Below are positions 29,098-41,600 of a stretch of DNA of 64,000 nucleotides, piece after piece (positions within the stretch are counted from its first letter, which is position 1; each line of letters begins with the position of its first letter). Under the pieces are notes generated by a model. That model ran no database searches. It saw only the letters and a program-made list of their open reading frames with translations, and was not told where the DNA came from. The stretch spans positions 310,001-374,000 of the forward strand of contig JBODTK010000112.1 of the NCBI GenBank assembly GCA_050613775.1. Direction: 5' to 3'. The position numbers were made by a program, and so were the translations under genes. The DNA comes from Neocallimastix sp. 'constans' (lineage: Eukaryota).

Positions 29098-30326
29098 TTA
29101 TAATAAAATATTTTAATTAAAAATTTAATATATATATATATATAATTTATATACTATGATTAAAAATCTTCTAAATAAATTTTTTATTTTATAATTTAAA
29201 AAGGAAAAAATATTTTCTTTGTTATTTGTTATAAATATTGGGTTATTTAATATTTATTTTATTTATTTATTATGAATAAATTAGCTTTAATTAATTAATT
29301 TATTATTCATTTTTTAATTATAAAGGGTTTTTAAGAAAATACATTTTTTTATATACTAGAAAATAAAATATTTATATAATTATTCATTATTCATATTTAA
29401 TTGTTTTAATTATTTATATTTAATTATTTATTATTTATTTTTTTTATTTAGTAATTATTATTCAGTCTTTTTTGTTAAAAAGTAATTAAAAAAATATTTA
29501 AAACATTTTTGAATAATTAAACAGTTTTATTAATTCCTAAATCTGATTATAATTTATTTATTTATTTATATATAATTCTATTAAAAAGTATTAAAAATTA
29601 TGGCGTTGAATTACACCAACATGAACGCCACATTATTAAATACAACTTTCCGAAATGCACCACATTCTTGTATAATAACTTGATTATTTATTATTATTCA
29701 AATATGGTAAATTCATTTAAAATCAAAAAATTGGAATTATATATTTTTTCTAAAGAAAAAATTATTTTAAATACGTTTTATTATTGTTAATAAAACAAAT
29801 AAATAAATTCATGTTATTTAAAATTTCTTTTATTAAACTATATACATATATATATAAATTAATTCAAACGGCCATATAATAATTATAAATCATAATTTTA
29901 TTTTAAAACATTTCATAAAAAATATTAAATTCCAAACTTTATTAATTATGCATTTTACATATCATAAAGTTACTAATCTTTATTAAAATGTATCATCATA
30001 AATTGGGATGAAAATTAATGCAAGATAAACAATAGAATATCAAAGATAAATATTTAATATATATTTATATTACACATAATACTTAATCTTGTATTAAATA
30101 ACAGTATTAAATAATAATAAATAGTTTAAGAATTTAAATTAAATCCTTATATTTAATTATAAAAGAATATTAAATATATATAATTTTTTTTTTACTTTCA
30201 TTCATTGTATTGGATACATTTCAATTATTTTGCTATTAATAAACTTTTTATTAATTATTAAAGTTTTTAATAAAATAAATGAAAAGTAAAACTTTCATCT
30301 TTTATTAAGAATTGATATAACTCAGT

Positions 30327-30497
30327 TTTTATCTCTTTTAGGGAGAAGTTTTATTAATTATTTAAGTTTTTATTTAAATAATTTTATTTATTCATTTATT
30401 TATATAAATTTTTTTTATCTCTTTTAGGGAGAAGTTTTATTAATTATTTAAGTTTTTATTTAAATAATTTTATTTATTCATTTATTTATATAAATTT
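30327..30497. repeat. Tandem duplication, 2 x ~86 bp
   Basis: ttttatctcttttagggagaagttttattaattatttaag...tatataaattt occurs twice. Confidence 0.85.
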
Positions 30498-31041
30498 ATT
30501 TTATTTAAATATTAAAGTTTATAATTTCATATTGTTAATTTAATATTATTAAAAGACTTTTATTTATTAAATATTAATAAATATTAAAAATGACAAAGAC
30601 GCTGGAAAGAATAAATATAAAGAAAAAGTATTCTTTATATAATACTTTTTAATTATAAACTATTTTAAAATAATAAGAATTAATTTATTAACTGAATATT
30701 ATAAAAGTATAATATAAATAATAAAAGATGTATAATAATTATAATTATAAATTAGAATTATATATTTTTATATAAAATATATAAAAATATAATAAAATAA
30801 AATAATTAAAATAAAATAAAACTTTATAAATTTATAAATTATTTACATAACATAAAATTTATGTTATAAATTTTATATTTACATTAATTTTATGTGTTGT
30901 ATAGAATTTATTTTTTTACATAAATCTATTTTATATCACGATGAATTAAATCATACTATAAATCAATGATATAAAACAAATATGTGTAGTGTAGTAAACA
31001 TATTTGTATATTGAATATTTGTATATTCAGATATTAAATTT

Positions 31042-31160
31042 GCCGAAATGGTATGGCATGAGAGCACTTTGTTGTATCCTGATACACCTGCTATAAAGTT
31101 TGTCTGATATTAGTTGTCTGTTGTGGCTGGCATGATATGATCAAGACTTACAAGAGATAG

Positions 31161-31190
<30 letters not shown>
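31042..31190 (+). mobile_element. SINE-like or retroposed insert: 122-nt body, poly(A) and 13-bp TSD
   Basis: AGATATTAAATTT at 31029-31041 and 31191-31203 flanks a GC-richer body (31042-31163) and an A27 tail. Confidence 0.8.
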
Positions 31191-31191
<1 letters not shown>

Positions 31192-31393
31192 GATATTAAA
31201 TTTATATCTTATAATTTATAATAATTTATATTATTATATATTTTATATTATTATATATTTTATATAATTATATATTTTATATTATTTATATTTTATATTA
31301 TTTATATTTTGTATATATTATTTATATTTCTTAATATATATTTCTTAAATATTAAATTATACTTCTTATTTTAAATTATTAAAGTTTATAATT

Positions 31394-31665
31394 ATTAAAG
31401 TATATATAATTAATATAATAGTTTATATTATTTATATATTATTTATATATTATTCATATTAAAATATTATTATTTATTTATATATATATATTTATTTATA
31501 ATAATTATATATTATTAAAACTTTACAGTATAATTATTAAAGTATATATAATTAATATAATAGTTTATATTATTTATATATTATTCATATTAAAATATTA
31601 TTATTTATTTATATATATATATTTATTTATAATAATTATATATTATTAAAACTTTACAGTATAAT
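31394..31665. repeat. AT-rich tandem duplication, 2 x ~135-140 bp
   Basis: attaaagtatatataattaatataatagtttat...aaaactttacagtataatt repeated with one small indel. Confidence 0.8.
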
Positions 31666-31991
31666 TAATATTAACTCTTATTCTTGTTTTGTTTTTCTTT
31701 AGTAGAAATAATATCATAATTAAATAATAAAATATTAATAAAAATTATTAATAACTCAAATACACTTATTAAACCAGCTACAACATAAAAAATATCACAT
31801 TAGATTATTAATCAAATGATTAATTAATGATTTATTAATTTATTTTATATAATTATTAAAAAAGTAATTTATTAATAATTAAAGTTTTTATATTCATTTT
31901 AAATCAGAATCTTCAATATATACATATTTAGACTCTAATTATTTCCAATTATAATTTTAATTTCATAATTCTTTAAATAAAATTTTTAGGG

Positions 31992-32096
31992 GAGGTGCAT
32001 TTCGAAAAATTTCATTTGGAAAGTTTCATTTCGCAAAATTTACATAAAAAGTATCATTTAGCAAAATTTCATTTCGGAAACGTTTCATTTCGCAAA
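31992..32096 (+). mobile_element. Single MULE-like terminus with ~15-bp subterminal repeats; partner end not in the window
   Basis: GAGGTGCATTTCG matches the reverse complement of the MULE end at 29663 (GTGGTGCATTTCG). It is followed by ~7 copies of catttcgcaaaattt-like units. Confidence 0.6.
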
Positions 32097-32501
32097 AAAA
32101 ATTTTTAAGGTTAATAAATAAATAAATTAATAATAAAACAAATAAATAATATATATAATTTAAATAAATAACTAAATAAATAAAAATAAATAAATAAAAC
32201 TATAATAAATAAATAAATTTAAAATTAAAATTTTTAAAAAAAAAGAAAAATATTTATATACATATATATATAATAAATATACATTATATAATAATAAATA
32301 TTCATTAGAATTAAAGCTTTAAAAAAATAAAATATTTTATCACACATTTTAAATGTTCTATAATATATAATTAATAATAATTCTATATATATATATATAA
32401 ATAAGTATTAATAATTTAAAAGATGTAAAGGATAATAATTTAAAATATAACTATTAAAATTAAAAATAATTAAAAAATAATTGTTATAAAGATTAAAAAA
32501 T

Positions 32502-32772
32502 TGTTAAATATAACACTTAAATTCAGAAATGATATTTATATTTTATTATGTTTTTATTTATTTATTTATTTATTTATTGCTTTTACATTTAGAAAGACCT
32601 TATTCATTTAAGAATATGTTATTACATGTTATTTATATTTATTTTCTAGTCTAACATTATTGGTAACATTTAACGTTACAATGCATTATATTATCGAATA
32701 AAAAAATATTTTACACTTAATAATGTAGTATAATGTACAATGTAATTAAACACATAACTGTGATATTTAACA
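32502..32772 (-). repeat. Copia 3' LTR, 271 bp, TG..CA
   Basis: Terminal inverted repeat TGTTAAATAT...ATATTTAACA. PPT AGGGGGAA on the minus strand abuts it at ~32773-32780. The left boundary is inferred from the TIR only. Confidence 0.75.
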
Positions 32773-32793
32773 TTCCCCCTACATTGGCATTTT

Positions 32794-35700
32794 CTACATT
32801 TCCATGATGAAGTCTGAGAAATATTTAAGCTTGGGTCCAGAAATACTTTTGGTTAATGGATCAGCCATCATTGAGTTAGAACCAATGAGTGTTAATTTAA
32901 TTTCATTTGTCATAATTTCATCTTGAACATATTTGTATTTTATATCCATATATTTGCATCGTCCCTTTTGGTTTTCATTTTCAGCTGTATCCTTACATGG
33001 TTTATTATCTATTCTAATATTAATTCTAATGTTTTTGTTAAATATTTCATTAACTAATCTTCTTATCCATATAGCTTGTTTGGTACATTCTATTAAGCTT
33101 GAGTATTCGGCTTCTGTAGTTGATAAGGCTATATTTTTCTGTGTAATTGATTTCCATGATATTGGGCTATTTCCTAATATAAAAATATATCCTGAAGTGG
33201 ATCTTCTTTTAACCTCATCACCAGCGAAATCTGCATCACAATAAGCTCTTAAAATTTTCTTTCCGTTATAATGAATTGAATAGTCCTTGGTACTTTTAAG
33301 GTATTTTAGTATTTGTATACCTGCATTCAAATCAGCTCTTGTTGGATTCTCAGAAAATCTTGCAGCTTGATTTACTGCAAATGCTATGTCAGGTCTTGTT
33401 TTTGTTGATACATATAATAGAGATCCAATCAATCTTTTATAATCAGTTTTGTTAATTTTCTCAGAGTTTTCTCTATCTTCTAATTTTGCATTAATACATG
33501 GTATTCTAGTTATTTTAGTATTGTTTATGTTGTAGTTAGTAAACATTTTTTCAATATAATCTTTTTGATTAATTTTGTAGCCTTTATTTGTTTTAACTAT
33601 ATTGATTCCAATAATTTTGTTTGCTGATTTATCTGTGGAGACTTTGTATTTACGTTTTATCTTTGAAACAACTTTGGTAATTTCTTTATTCTCTCCTGCA
33701 ATTAGTATATCATCAACATAGAGTGTTAGTAATAAGCATAATTTATTATTTTTATATTTACCAAATAAACAACTATCTGTATTATATTGAATTAACCCAA
33801 TTTTCTTAAGAAAACCGGAGATTTCGTAAAACCATTGTCTTCCAGCTTGTTTGAGTCCATAGAGAGCCTTTCGTAATAATCCTGATTTTCTGCAATTGAA
33901 ATTTTTATCACCGATTGGAATTTGTACATAAATTTTCTCATCTAATTTAGCGTTCAAATATGCAGCTTTAATATCGATTTGTCTTATATCCCATTTATAT
34001 ATAGATGCAATAGCAATAGTTAATCTAAAACTATCCATTTCTATTGTAGGAGAATAGGTGCAGTTATAATCAACTCCTTTAATTTGTCGAAAACCTTTGA
34101 CGACCAATCTAGCTTTATATATACCATTATCTTTTATGGTAAAAACCCATTTAACGTCGAGTGGCTTAATGCCTTTTGGGATATTTTTATTTTCAACAAT
34201 TTTCATTACATTATTTCCATATAAATTTTGTAATTCTTTGTTAATTGCGTCTTTCCATTTGTCCGCATTTTCTGAATTCATAGCTTCTTCATAATTCTTG
34301 GGAATTAATGTATTAATGTTATTGACTCTATTTCTCTTGCGTCTTTCGTTTTCATCTGAGTCTGTTTTCCTTTCAAAAAATGGTTTATTTGATGTAGATA
34401 CTCTATCTTTTATTTTTCTTTCTTCATTCAATTGATAATTTTTTCTTTTTCTTTTTCGATAGTTTTTTGTTTTCTCGTTATCAATTTTATCATTTTTGTT
34501 TACTAGTTTATCGAAAATTTTATTATTTCTTTTAATATTAAATTTAAAGTTCTTTTCTTTGTTCTTTCTTAGTTTTCTTTTATCTAAAGGTTCCAGATCA
34601 CTAAAACTGTCCTCAGATTCATTCTCTGAATTATAGTCATTCATTTTATTATTATCATATATTTTATTATTTTCCAAATTTGATTTTTCATTCATCTTCA
34701 TATTAGCCAGATTTTTATGATTGCTTTCAATTCTATTCTCAATAAGTTTCTGGTCTAAAATTTCATAATTATTAAGGCTTGATTTAGATAAATTTTTATA
34801 ATTATTAAGGTTTGAAATTTTTAATTTATTCTTAAATTTGAAATTTTTGAAATTTTTATTCAAATTTTTATTAATAAAACTTTTTTTCACATTTTTGTTC
34901 AAAAAATCATTTTTTGTGATTTTTATACCCTTTATGTTATTATCGTTATTTCTATTAATAATAGTGTTATTTTCATTACTTTTACTATTATCATGTAGGA
35001 TTTTGGCATGGTTTTCGTTTGATGAAACTTTTATATTATCTTCAATATTTGAATTTTTGAGTATTTCTTCTTGTTTTTCAGCTAATTTTTGATTTTCGTT
35101 AATTTTATCTTCATTGATTTTATCATCATTAATTTTGTCTTCATTAATTTTATTTTCATTGATTATGTCTTCATTAATTTTATTTTCATTAATTATGTCT
35201 TCATTAATTATGTCTTCATTAATTATTTCGTTTTCTGAATTATTGTCTAACATGTTTTCATTATTGTATTCATCCATTAAATCAATATTATCTTCAATAT
35301 TAATTTTATTCGGTTTGTTTTCATTCATTTCAAATTCATTATGATAAATAGATTGACTAAATTGATGTTGTGAATCATGTTGTAAGTCCTGTTCCCCCTC
35401 AATTTGTTTATCTGAAGGATTTGAGGAATGAAAAAATGATGTGCCAAGTGAACCTAGAGTACTTTCATTGAAGTATGCGTCACGAACTATAATTATTGTT
35501 TTTGAAGTAGTGTCGAGGACACGATAACCTGGGGAATCTGATGAGTATCCTAAGAAAATACCTGGTTTTGTATTATTTTCAAATTTTCCTTGTTTGTATC
35601 TATTAAGGAAAAATACTTTACATCCAAACACTTTAAGTTTAGATATATCAATTTTCTTATTAAAAAATACCTCGTTCGGGATTTTAAAATTAATTCCTTG

Positions 35701-37911
35701 ATGCGGATTTAAATTATACAATATACATGCATATTTAATAGCTTCATCCCATAAAATAGGTGATAATTTAGCTGCACTAAGTAGTGTTTTCGCGCAGTTA
35801 TCTAATGTTTGATTAAATCTTTCAGAACGACCATTTTGTTGGGGATTACCTGGTGTTGAATGATTGAATATAATTCCTTTATTTTTAAGATAATTTATAA
35901 AATTAGAATTGTTATATTCTAAACCGTTATCAGATCTTACTTCTTTTATATTGTAATTACAAGTATTTTTCATAAGTTTATGAAACTCAATAAATTTTTG
36001 TACTGCTTCAGATTTGTGTTTCAGTAAGTAGACCCAACATTTTCTACTGAAATCATCTATGAATGTTATATAATATTTGTATCCACTAAATGATGGTGAA
36101 GGCTTTAGTGGTCCGACGATATCAGAATGAACGACTTGTAGTGGTGAGGAACTTTTGTTGATTGTTTTGTTGAATGGTTTTTTCTTGAGTTTACTTATTT
36201 TGCAATCTTCACAATTTATATTATCATTCTTTTCTTCCTTAATGTTGTTGTTTTCTAGAAATTTTTGAAGATTTTGATTGTAATAGTGGCCTAATCTAGC
36301 ATGCCATAATTTTAAATCGACATTGTTTATATTATAATCTTTATTTTTCATTGAGCTTGTATTTAAAGTAAAGAGGTTTTCATCATTTGTATAAACGGTA
36401 GTAATTAGTTTATTATTTTTAAATATTTGGAGTCTTTCTTTATTGTTATGCATATCCATTACTAATTTGAAGCCTTTTTTACATAGGTAATGAGTGGAAA
36501 TTAAATTATTTTGTATGTTTGGAGCATAAAATACTTCTCCAATAGAAAAATTATTATTTTTATACATCCCTTTGTACATACCCTTTTTGTATATTCTATC
36601 GGATTGTCCGTTTGGGTATGTAATTCCTCTATTAGCAACTTCTTCAATGTTTGATAGTATTTTTATATTCTTAGATAAATTAATCCTTGTTCCACTATCA
36701 ATGATCCATGATTCTATATTGTTATCTTCCATAATATTATTTTCTTCTTTTAAGATTTCGGTAGTTACTTTATTTACCCTTATGTTCCTGGAAGTTATTG
36801 AACTGTTATTAAAATTATCTTTTACACAATTAGTTTTTATATTGAAGCAGAAGTCGAATGAAGGATCAGAATTTGAATTCGAATTGTTTTGTTCTTCATA
36901 ATTAACGTTATAAGATTTGAAGTTTCTTTTACTACCTTTCTTGTTTAAAGATGTTCTTTTAATTTTAATTTTGTTTCTTGACTTATTATTAATATTTTTC
37001 TTTTCTCCTCTATAGTTATTATTTGGTGAATTCGATGGATTGAAGAAACAGTTATCAGTAGTGTGCCCATTTTTATGGCAATATTGACAGTATTCGTTGG
37101 AATTTGCTTCTTTATTAAAATTATATGGGAGTTTCCCATTTCGGACTCTATTAATTTGATCTTCGTGTTGATATGTTTCCTTGATTTCTACTCGTTTAAT
37201 ACTTTTACTTTTCTTAATTATGGTACTTAGTTTTGTTATGTCTTCTTTTAAATCCTTAAATGTCTTTTCAACATATAGAAATGTGAATGAATATGCGATG
37301 CCGACTTTATTTAGTTCCTCTAAAGAATACAAGACTTTTGTTTCTTCACTTAGTTCTGGCTTATTTTGAGATTTTGCCTCGTTATTGTATTCTGTAAATA
37401 ATGAGTTAAGATTATCTAAATACAGTTTAAAGTCATCGTTTTCGATTTCTAGCTTTTTTATCTTCATTTCAATTTCAAATAATCTTGAAGGGCCTGTTTC
37501 TGAAAATCTTTCCTTTAATTCTTTTATCATTAAGTAGGCACTTGTACAATTATTTAATAAGCTTTTTGTATATTCGTCGAGGCTGTTTAATATTATAATT
37601 CTGACTGTACTGTCATATTTTAAATGTTTTTTATTTGTGTTTATATCTTTGATATTCTTTGATATATAATCACCCAATTCTTCAGAATCAAGGAATAATT
37701 TTAAGTCTGAATGCCATTTGTGAAAGTTTACATTTGTAATTCTAAAGTTTTGAATGTGAAATTTATTAATTGTGTTGGTTTGAATATTTGGAGGTTCTAC
37801 TTCGACAAGAGTATCATTCATTGTTGTACTCGATGTATTTGTAGTCTTTGTTGTCTTTGAAGAAGTTTTTGAAGAACTCCCCGTAACTGTTGAATTATCT
37901 GATTTAGTCAT
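32794..37911 (-). CDS. Copia Gag-Pol polyprotein, intact (Gag-CCHC, PR, IN, RT, RNase H)
   Basis: 1705-aa ORF. CQYCHKNGHTTDNC; WIIDSG; LWHARLGH..CEDC; HSDIVGP..RSDNGLEY..QQNGRSER; YKARLVVKG, ALYGLKQAG, YVDD; YCDADFAGD..RRSTSGY. IN precedes RT. Confidence 0.97.
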   Translation of the reverse strand: MTKSDNSTVTGSSSKTSSKTTKTTNTSSTTMNDTLVEVEPPNIQTNTINKFHIQNFRITNVNFHKWHSDLKLFLDSEELGDYISKNIKDINTNKKHLKYDSTVRIIILNSLDEYTKSLLNNCTSAYLMIKELKERFSETGPSRLFEIEMKIKKLEIENDDFKLYLDNLNSLFTEYNNEAKSQNKPELSEETKVLYSLEELNKVGIAYSFTFLYVEKTFKDLKEDITKLSTIIKKSKSIKRVEIKETYQHEDQINRVRNGKLPYNFNKEANSNEYCQYCHKNGHTTDNCFFNPSNSPNNNYRGEKKNINNKSRNKIKIKRTSLNKKGSKRNFKSYNVNYEEQNNSNSNSDPSFDFCFNIKTNCVKDNFNNSSITSRNIRVNKVTTEILKEENNIMEDNNIESWIIDSGTRINLSKNIKILSNIEEVANRGITYPNGQSDRIYKKGMYKGMYKNNNFSIGEVFYAPNIQNNLISTHYLCKKGFKLVMDMHNNKERLQIFKNNKLITTVYTNDENLFTLNTSSMKNKDYNINNVDLKLWHARLGHYYNQNLQKFLENNNIKEEKNDNINCEDCKISKLKKKPFNKTINKSSSPLQVVHSDIVGPLKPSPSFSGYKYYITFIDDFSRKCWVYLLKHKSEAVQKFIEFHKLMKNTCNYNIKEVRSDNGLEYNNSNFINYLKNKGIIFNHSTPGNPQQNGRSERFNQTLDNCAKTLLSAAKLSPILWDEAIKYACILYNLNPHQGINFKIPNEVFFNKKIDISKLKVFGCKVFFLNRYKQGKFENNTKPGIFLGYSSDSPGYRVLDTTSKTIIIVRDAYFNESTLGSLGTSFFHSSNPSDKQIEGEQDLQHDSQHQFSQSIYHNEFEMNENKPNKINIEDNIDLMDEYNNENMLDNNSENEIINEDIINEDIINENKINEDIINENKINEDKINDDKINEDKINENQKLAEKQEEILKNSNIEDNIKVSSNENHAKILHDNSKSNENNTIINRNNDNNIKGIKITKNDFLNKNVKKSFINKNLNKNFKNFKFKNKLKISNLNNYKNLSKSSLNNYEILDQKLIENRIESNHKNLANMKMNEKSNLENNKIYDNNKMNDYNSENESEDSFSDLEPLDKRKLRKNKEKNFKFNIKRNNKIFDKLVNKNDKIDNEKTKNYRKRKRKNYQLNEERKIKDRVSTSNKPFFERKTDSDENERRKRNRVNNINTLIPKNYEEAMNSENADKWKDAINKELQNLYGNNVMKIVENKNIPKGIKPLDVKWVFTIKDNGIYKARLVVKGFRQIKGVDYNCTYSPTIEMDSFRLTIAIASIYKWDIRQIDIKAAYLNAKLDEKIYVQIPIGDKNFNCRKSGLLRKALYGLKQAGRQWFYEISGFLKKIGLIQYNTDSCLFGKYKNNKLCLLLTLYVDDILIAGENKEITKVVSKIKRKYKVSTDKSANKIIGINIVKTNKGYKINQKDYIEKMFTNYNINNTKITRIPCINAKLEDRENSEKINKTDYKRLIGSLLYVSTKTRPDIAFAVNQAARFSENPTRADLNAGIQILKYLKSTKDYSIHYNGKKILRAYCDADFAGDEVKRRSTSGYIFILGNSPISWKSITQKNIALSTTEAEYSSLIECTKQAIWIRRLVNEIFNKNIRINIRIDNKPCKDTAENENQKGRCKYMDIKYKYVQDEIMTNEIKLTLIGSNSMMADPLTKSISGPKLKYFSDFIMEM

Positions 37912-37973
37912 TTTAATGTGGCTGCCAATATTTCTTTATTTTAATATTTAATGAATGTTTAATATTTAATATA

Positions 37974-38615
37974 TATAACAAAATATTATAATAAATATAA
38001 TAACACTCAAAAAAAACAAAAATTATTTTATTTTTTATTTATTTTTTTTTCTTTTATTATAATTATTTTATTAATTATATTTATTATAATACTATAAGCC
38101 GCAAGGGTTGATATAGTATTAATATTAAAAAAAGTTTTATTAAAAAATTAAGTTTTATTAACTAAACAAAATTAAAATAAAAAACACAAAGAAAAGAATA
38201 TTTGTTAATAAGAATTTTACTCATATTTATATTTTTTTCAAAAGTTAAAGTTATTAAAAAATAAAAATAAAAGTTTCTAAAAAGTTCTTAAAAATCGAAA
38301 AATTTAGAAAAAATAGAAAACAATAGAATTAAGAATTTAATAGAATAAATTTTAATTAATTAAACACAAGAATTATCAAGAAATTCTAGTAATTTCTTGA
38401 ACTATAAAGAATCTTCTAGATATTTTTTAGAATAAAACTATAAAATAATAATAAATGTGAATCGAACCCTAAGTAGTTTGATTCATGGTATTAGTTACTA
38501 ACAACTATACCAGAAATAATATTTTTTAAATTTAATTATTTGTTTTAAAACTTTATTGAAAAATAATACTAAATATTAAAATAATAAAATAATTGTAATT
38601 ATTAATTCTGTTATA
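37974..38615 (-). repeat. G1 3' LTR, 642 bp, termini TATAACA...TGTTATA
   Basis: Shared start with the copy at 44151; inverted termini; abuts the PPT. Confidence 0.85.
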
Positions 38616-38625
38616 ACTCTCTCCC

Positions 38626-41600
38626 TTAGAGACGGATTCCAGACGTCTTAGGTTTTGGTTTATTTGGAAACTTCTTGTGGAATTCGGCAAGAAGTTTATT
38701 GCAATGAAGATTCTCAAAAGGTTCCCATGAGTTTTCAGAATCATCATAACCTTTCCAATGAATTAAATATTTAATTTTGTTATGAAATTTCTTTGAATCA
38801 AGAATAGATTCAACTTCATATTCTTTTTCTCCATTAAGTATAATAGGTTTTGGAGTTGGGATATTTCTTTCTGTAAATTCATTTTCATAGGCTGGCTCAA
38901 GAAGTGAAACGTGGAAAACTGGAAAGACCCTAAAAGAGTTTGGTAACTTTAATTTATAACTTACATCTGAAATTTTCTTTAAAATAGTAAATGGACCAGA
39001 TTTCTTAGGAGCAAGTTTACCTTTTTTATTATTTATTAAATCATTCCTTAACAGCCAAACTTTTGAGCCAACTTTAAACTCAGGCGGAGACATATGTTTA
39101 TCATCATAATATTTTTTTTGAAAATTAACTGCACTTTGAAGATTTTCTTTAAGTACATTTCTTAATTCTTTTAGGTCTTTAGCAATAATTTCAGCACGAG
39201 GGACAATAGAAACATCTGGAGTAGAAGGATCAAATTTAGGATTGAACCCATAATTAAGAAAGAAAGGAGTAGCATTTGCAGATTCTTGTATTGTGTTATT
39301 GTAAGCAAATTCTGCAAGAGATAAATATTCTATCCAATTATTTTGTTGATAATTAACATAACATCTTAAGTATTGTTCAAGTATTGCGTTTACCCTCTCC
39401 GTTTGACCATTAGTTTGCTGATGATGAGCAGATGATAAACAAAGATCAACATGAAGTAAATTAAATAATCTATTCCAAAATTTAGAAGTAAACTGAGTAC
39501 CTCTATCCGACACAATATCCTTTGGCAGACCATGAAGTTTGAAAATAGAATTAAGAAATTGTTCAGCACAATCCTCAGTAGAGGGAACTGATTTAAAGGG
39601 AACAAAATGAGCCATCTTCGTAAAGCGATCAACTACGACAAGAATACAAGACATACCATTGGAAGAGGGAAGATCTGTTATAAAATCCATTGAAATTGAT
39701 TCCCAAGGATTATTGCCAATGGGTAAAGATTTAAGTAAACCGTAAGGTTTATGACGAGGAGCTTTTAAAGCGCAGCACACATTACAAGTACGAATATATT
39801 TTTTAATATCCTTATGCATACCAGGCCACCAATAATTTCTAGAAACTAAGTCAGAGGTTTTATTTATGCCAAAGTGGCCAGCAGTAGGAGAATCATGACA
39901 AGAACAAAGAATTTTAAATCTAAGGCATTCAGGAATATAAATAAGATTGTCATATAAAAGAATACCATTGGAGAACGAAAGGAGATCAACCGAAGCAATG
40001 GGTTTCTCATTAGCAGAAGGCTTTTCAAAATATATCTTAACATTATTAAAGAAAGGATCCTTGGAGTAACACTTTTTAATTTCGTCTTGTAGATTTGATT
40101 CAATAGAGATCCTTGAAGTAAAACAAAAATTTTCCGGTTTAAGTACTTGGTAAGGTTTAGCAGGTTCATGATTATCATAATCAGGACGGCGAGATAAAGC
40201 ATCTGGCTTACCACCGCGAGAACCTGGACGATACTCAATTTGAAAGTCAAATCGAGTAAAGAACATTGACCATCTAATTAAACGTTGTGAAAGCTGTTCT
40301 GGTTTCTTAAAGTAGAGTAGATTTCTATGATCAGTAAGAACTTTAATAATATTCTTAGCACCTTCTAAATAGTACCTCCAAGTTTCAAAAGCAGTCTTAA
40401 TAGCAAGTAACTCTTTATCATAAATTGGATAATTGCATTCAGCAGAGGTAAAAGCTCTAGAATAGAAAGCAATTGGATGAAGCTTATTATCTTTAGAGCT
40501 AACTTGGGATAAAATACATCCAAGCGCAAAATTACTTGCATCCGTTTCAACAAAAAATTGAGAATTAGGATCAGCAGGAATAAGGATGGGAGCAGAAGTA
40601 AAAGAACGTTTAAGAAGTTCAAAGGAGTCATTAGCATCTTTTGACCAAACAAAAGGAACATTTTTTCTTGTAAGTTTATTAAGAGGATAAGCAATTTTAG
40701 CAAAATTTTTTATAAAGCGTCTGTAGAAATTGGCTAGGCCAAGAAACGATTGAACTTCTTTAACTGTAGTTGGAGCAGGCCAATCTAAAATAGCTGAGAC
40801 TTTCTTAATATCCATCTTAAGACCATCTGAAGATACATAATATCCTAAAAATTTAACTTCGAACTTATCAAACTCACATTTTTCAAGGTTAACATGTAAA
40901 TGAAATTTCCTAAGTTGTAATAGTACTTTTTTAACGTGTAAATGATGTTCAGAAAGATCATCAGAAAAAATGATAATATCATCAATATAGGCATAACAAA
41001 ATTTACCTAAATAGTCACTTAATGCAGTATCAATCATTCTTTGAAAACAGGCAGGTGCATTCTTGAAACCGAAAGGCATAACTCTAAATTCAAAGTGTCC
41101 TAAGCTACATACAAAAGCTGTTTTGTATTCATCTCCAGACCTGATACGAATTTGGAAGTAAGCAGATTTTAAATCAAGCTTTGAGTAATACTTATGACCA
41201 GGAGCTTTATTAAAAATAACAGTTGTTAAAGGCATAGGATAACTATCTCTAATGGTGATTTCATTAAGTTTCCTAAGATCAATACACATACGTAACTCAC
41301 CATTATCTTTTGGAGCAAATAAAATTGGATGACCAGCTTCTGATTTTGACCTAACAATAAAACCGTATTTTAAATAGTCTTTAATAATTTTTTCTAAAGC
41401 TATTTCTTCGGGAATTGTAAGGGGATAAATTGCACTATAATATAACTTAGTATTAGGTTTAAGGTCAATAGCACAATCAAAACTAGAATGAGGAGGTAAG
41501 ATTTTAGCTTCTTCTTCACTAAATACATCAGAGAATTCTAGATAAATGGCGGGAAGTGTTTTATTTGGAGTATCCATGTTTGGGGAAGAGGCAATTGAAT

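Larger units (their letters stand above)
26703..29663 (-). mobile_element. Decayed Mutator-like (MULE) DNA transposon with ~40-bp imperfect TIRs
   Basis: Left end ggagtgtaatttcgagaaagttgtatttcggaatatgtggc (26703-26743) is an inverted repeat of gccacattattaaatacaactttccgaaatgcaccac (29627-29663). It encloses transposase remnants. No TSD recognised. Confidence 0.75.
32502..37973 (-). mobile_element. Ty1/copia LTR retrotransposon (visible part); 5' leader interrupted at 37974, 5' LTR and PBS not in the window
   Basis: 3' LTR, PPT and intact polyprotein present. The sequence upstream of the ATG runs directly into the LTR of G1. Confidence 0.92.

Noticed and set aside
31042..31163. 5S rRNA or tRNA gene
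   Set aside because: Length is 5S-like, but no 5S internal boxes or tRNA cloverleaf could be formed. The TSD and poly(A) indicate retroposition.
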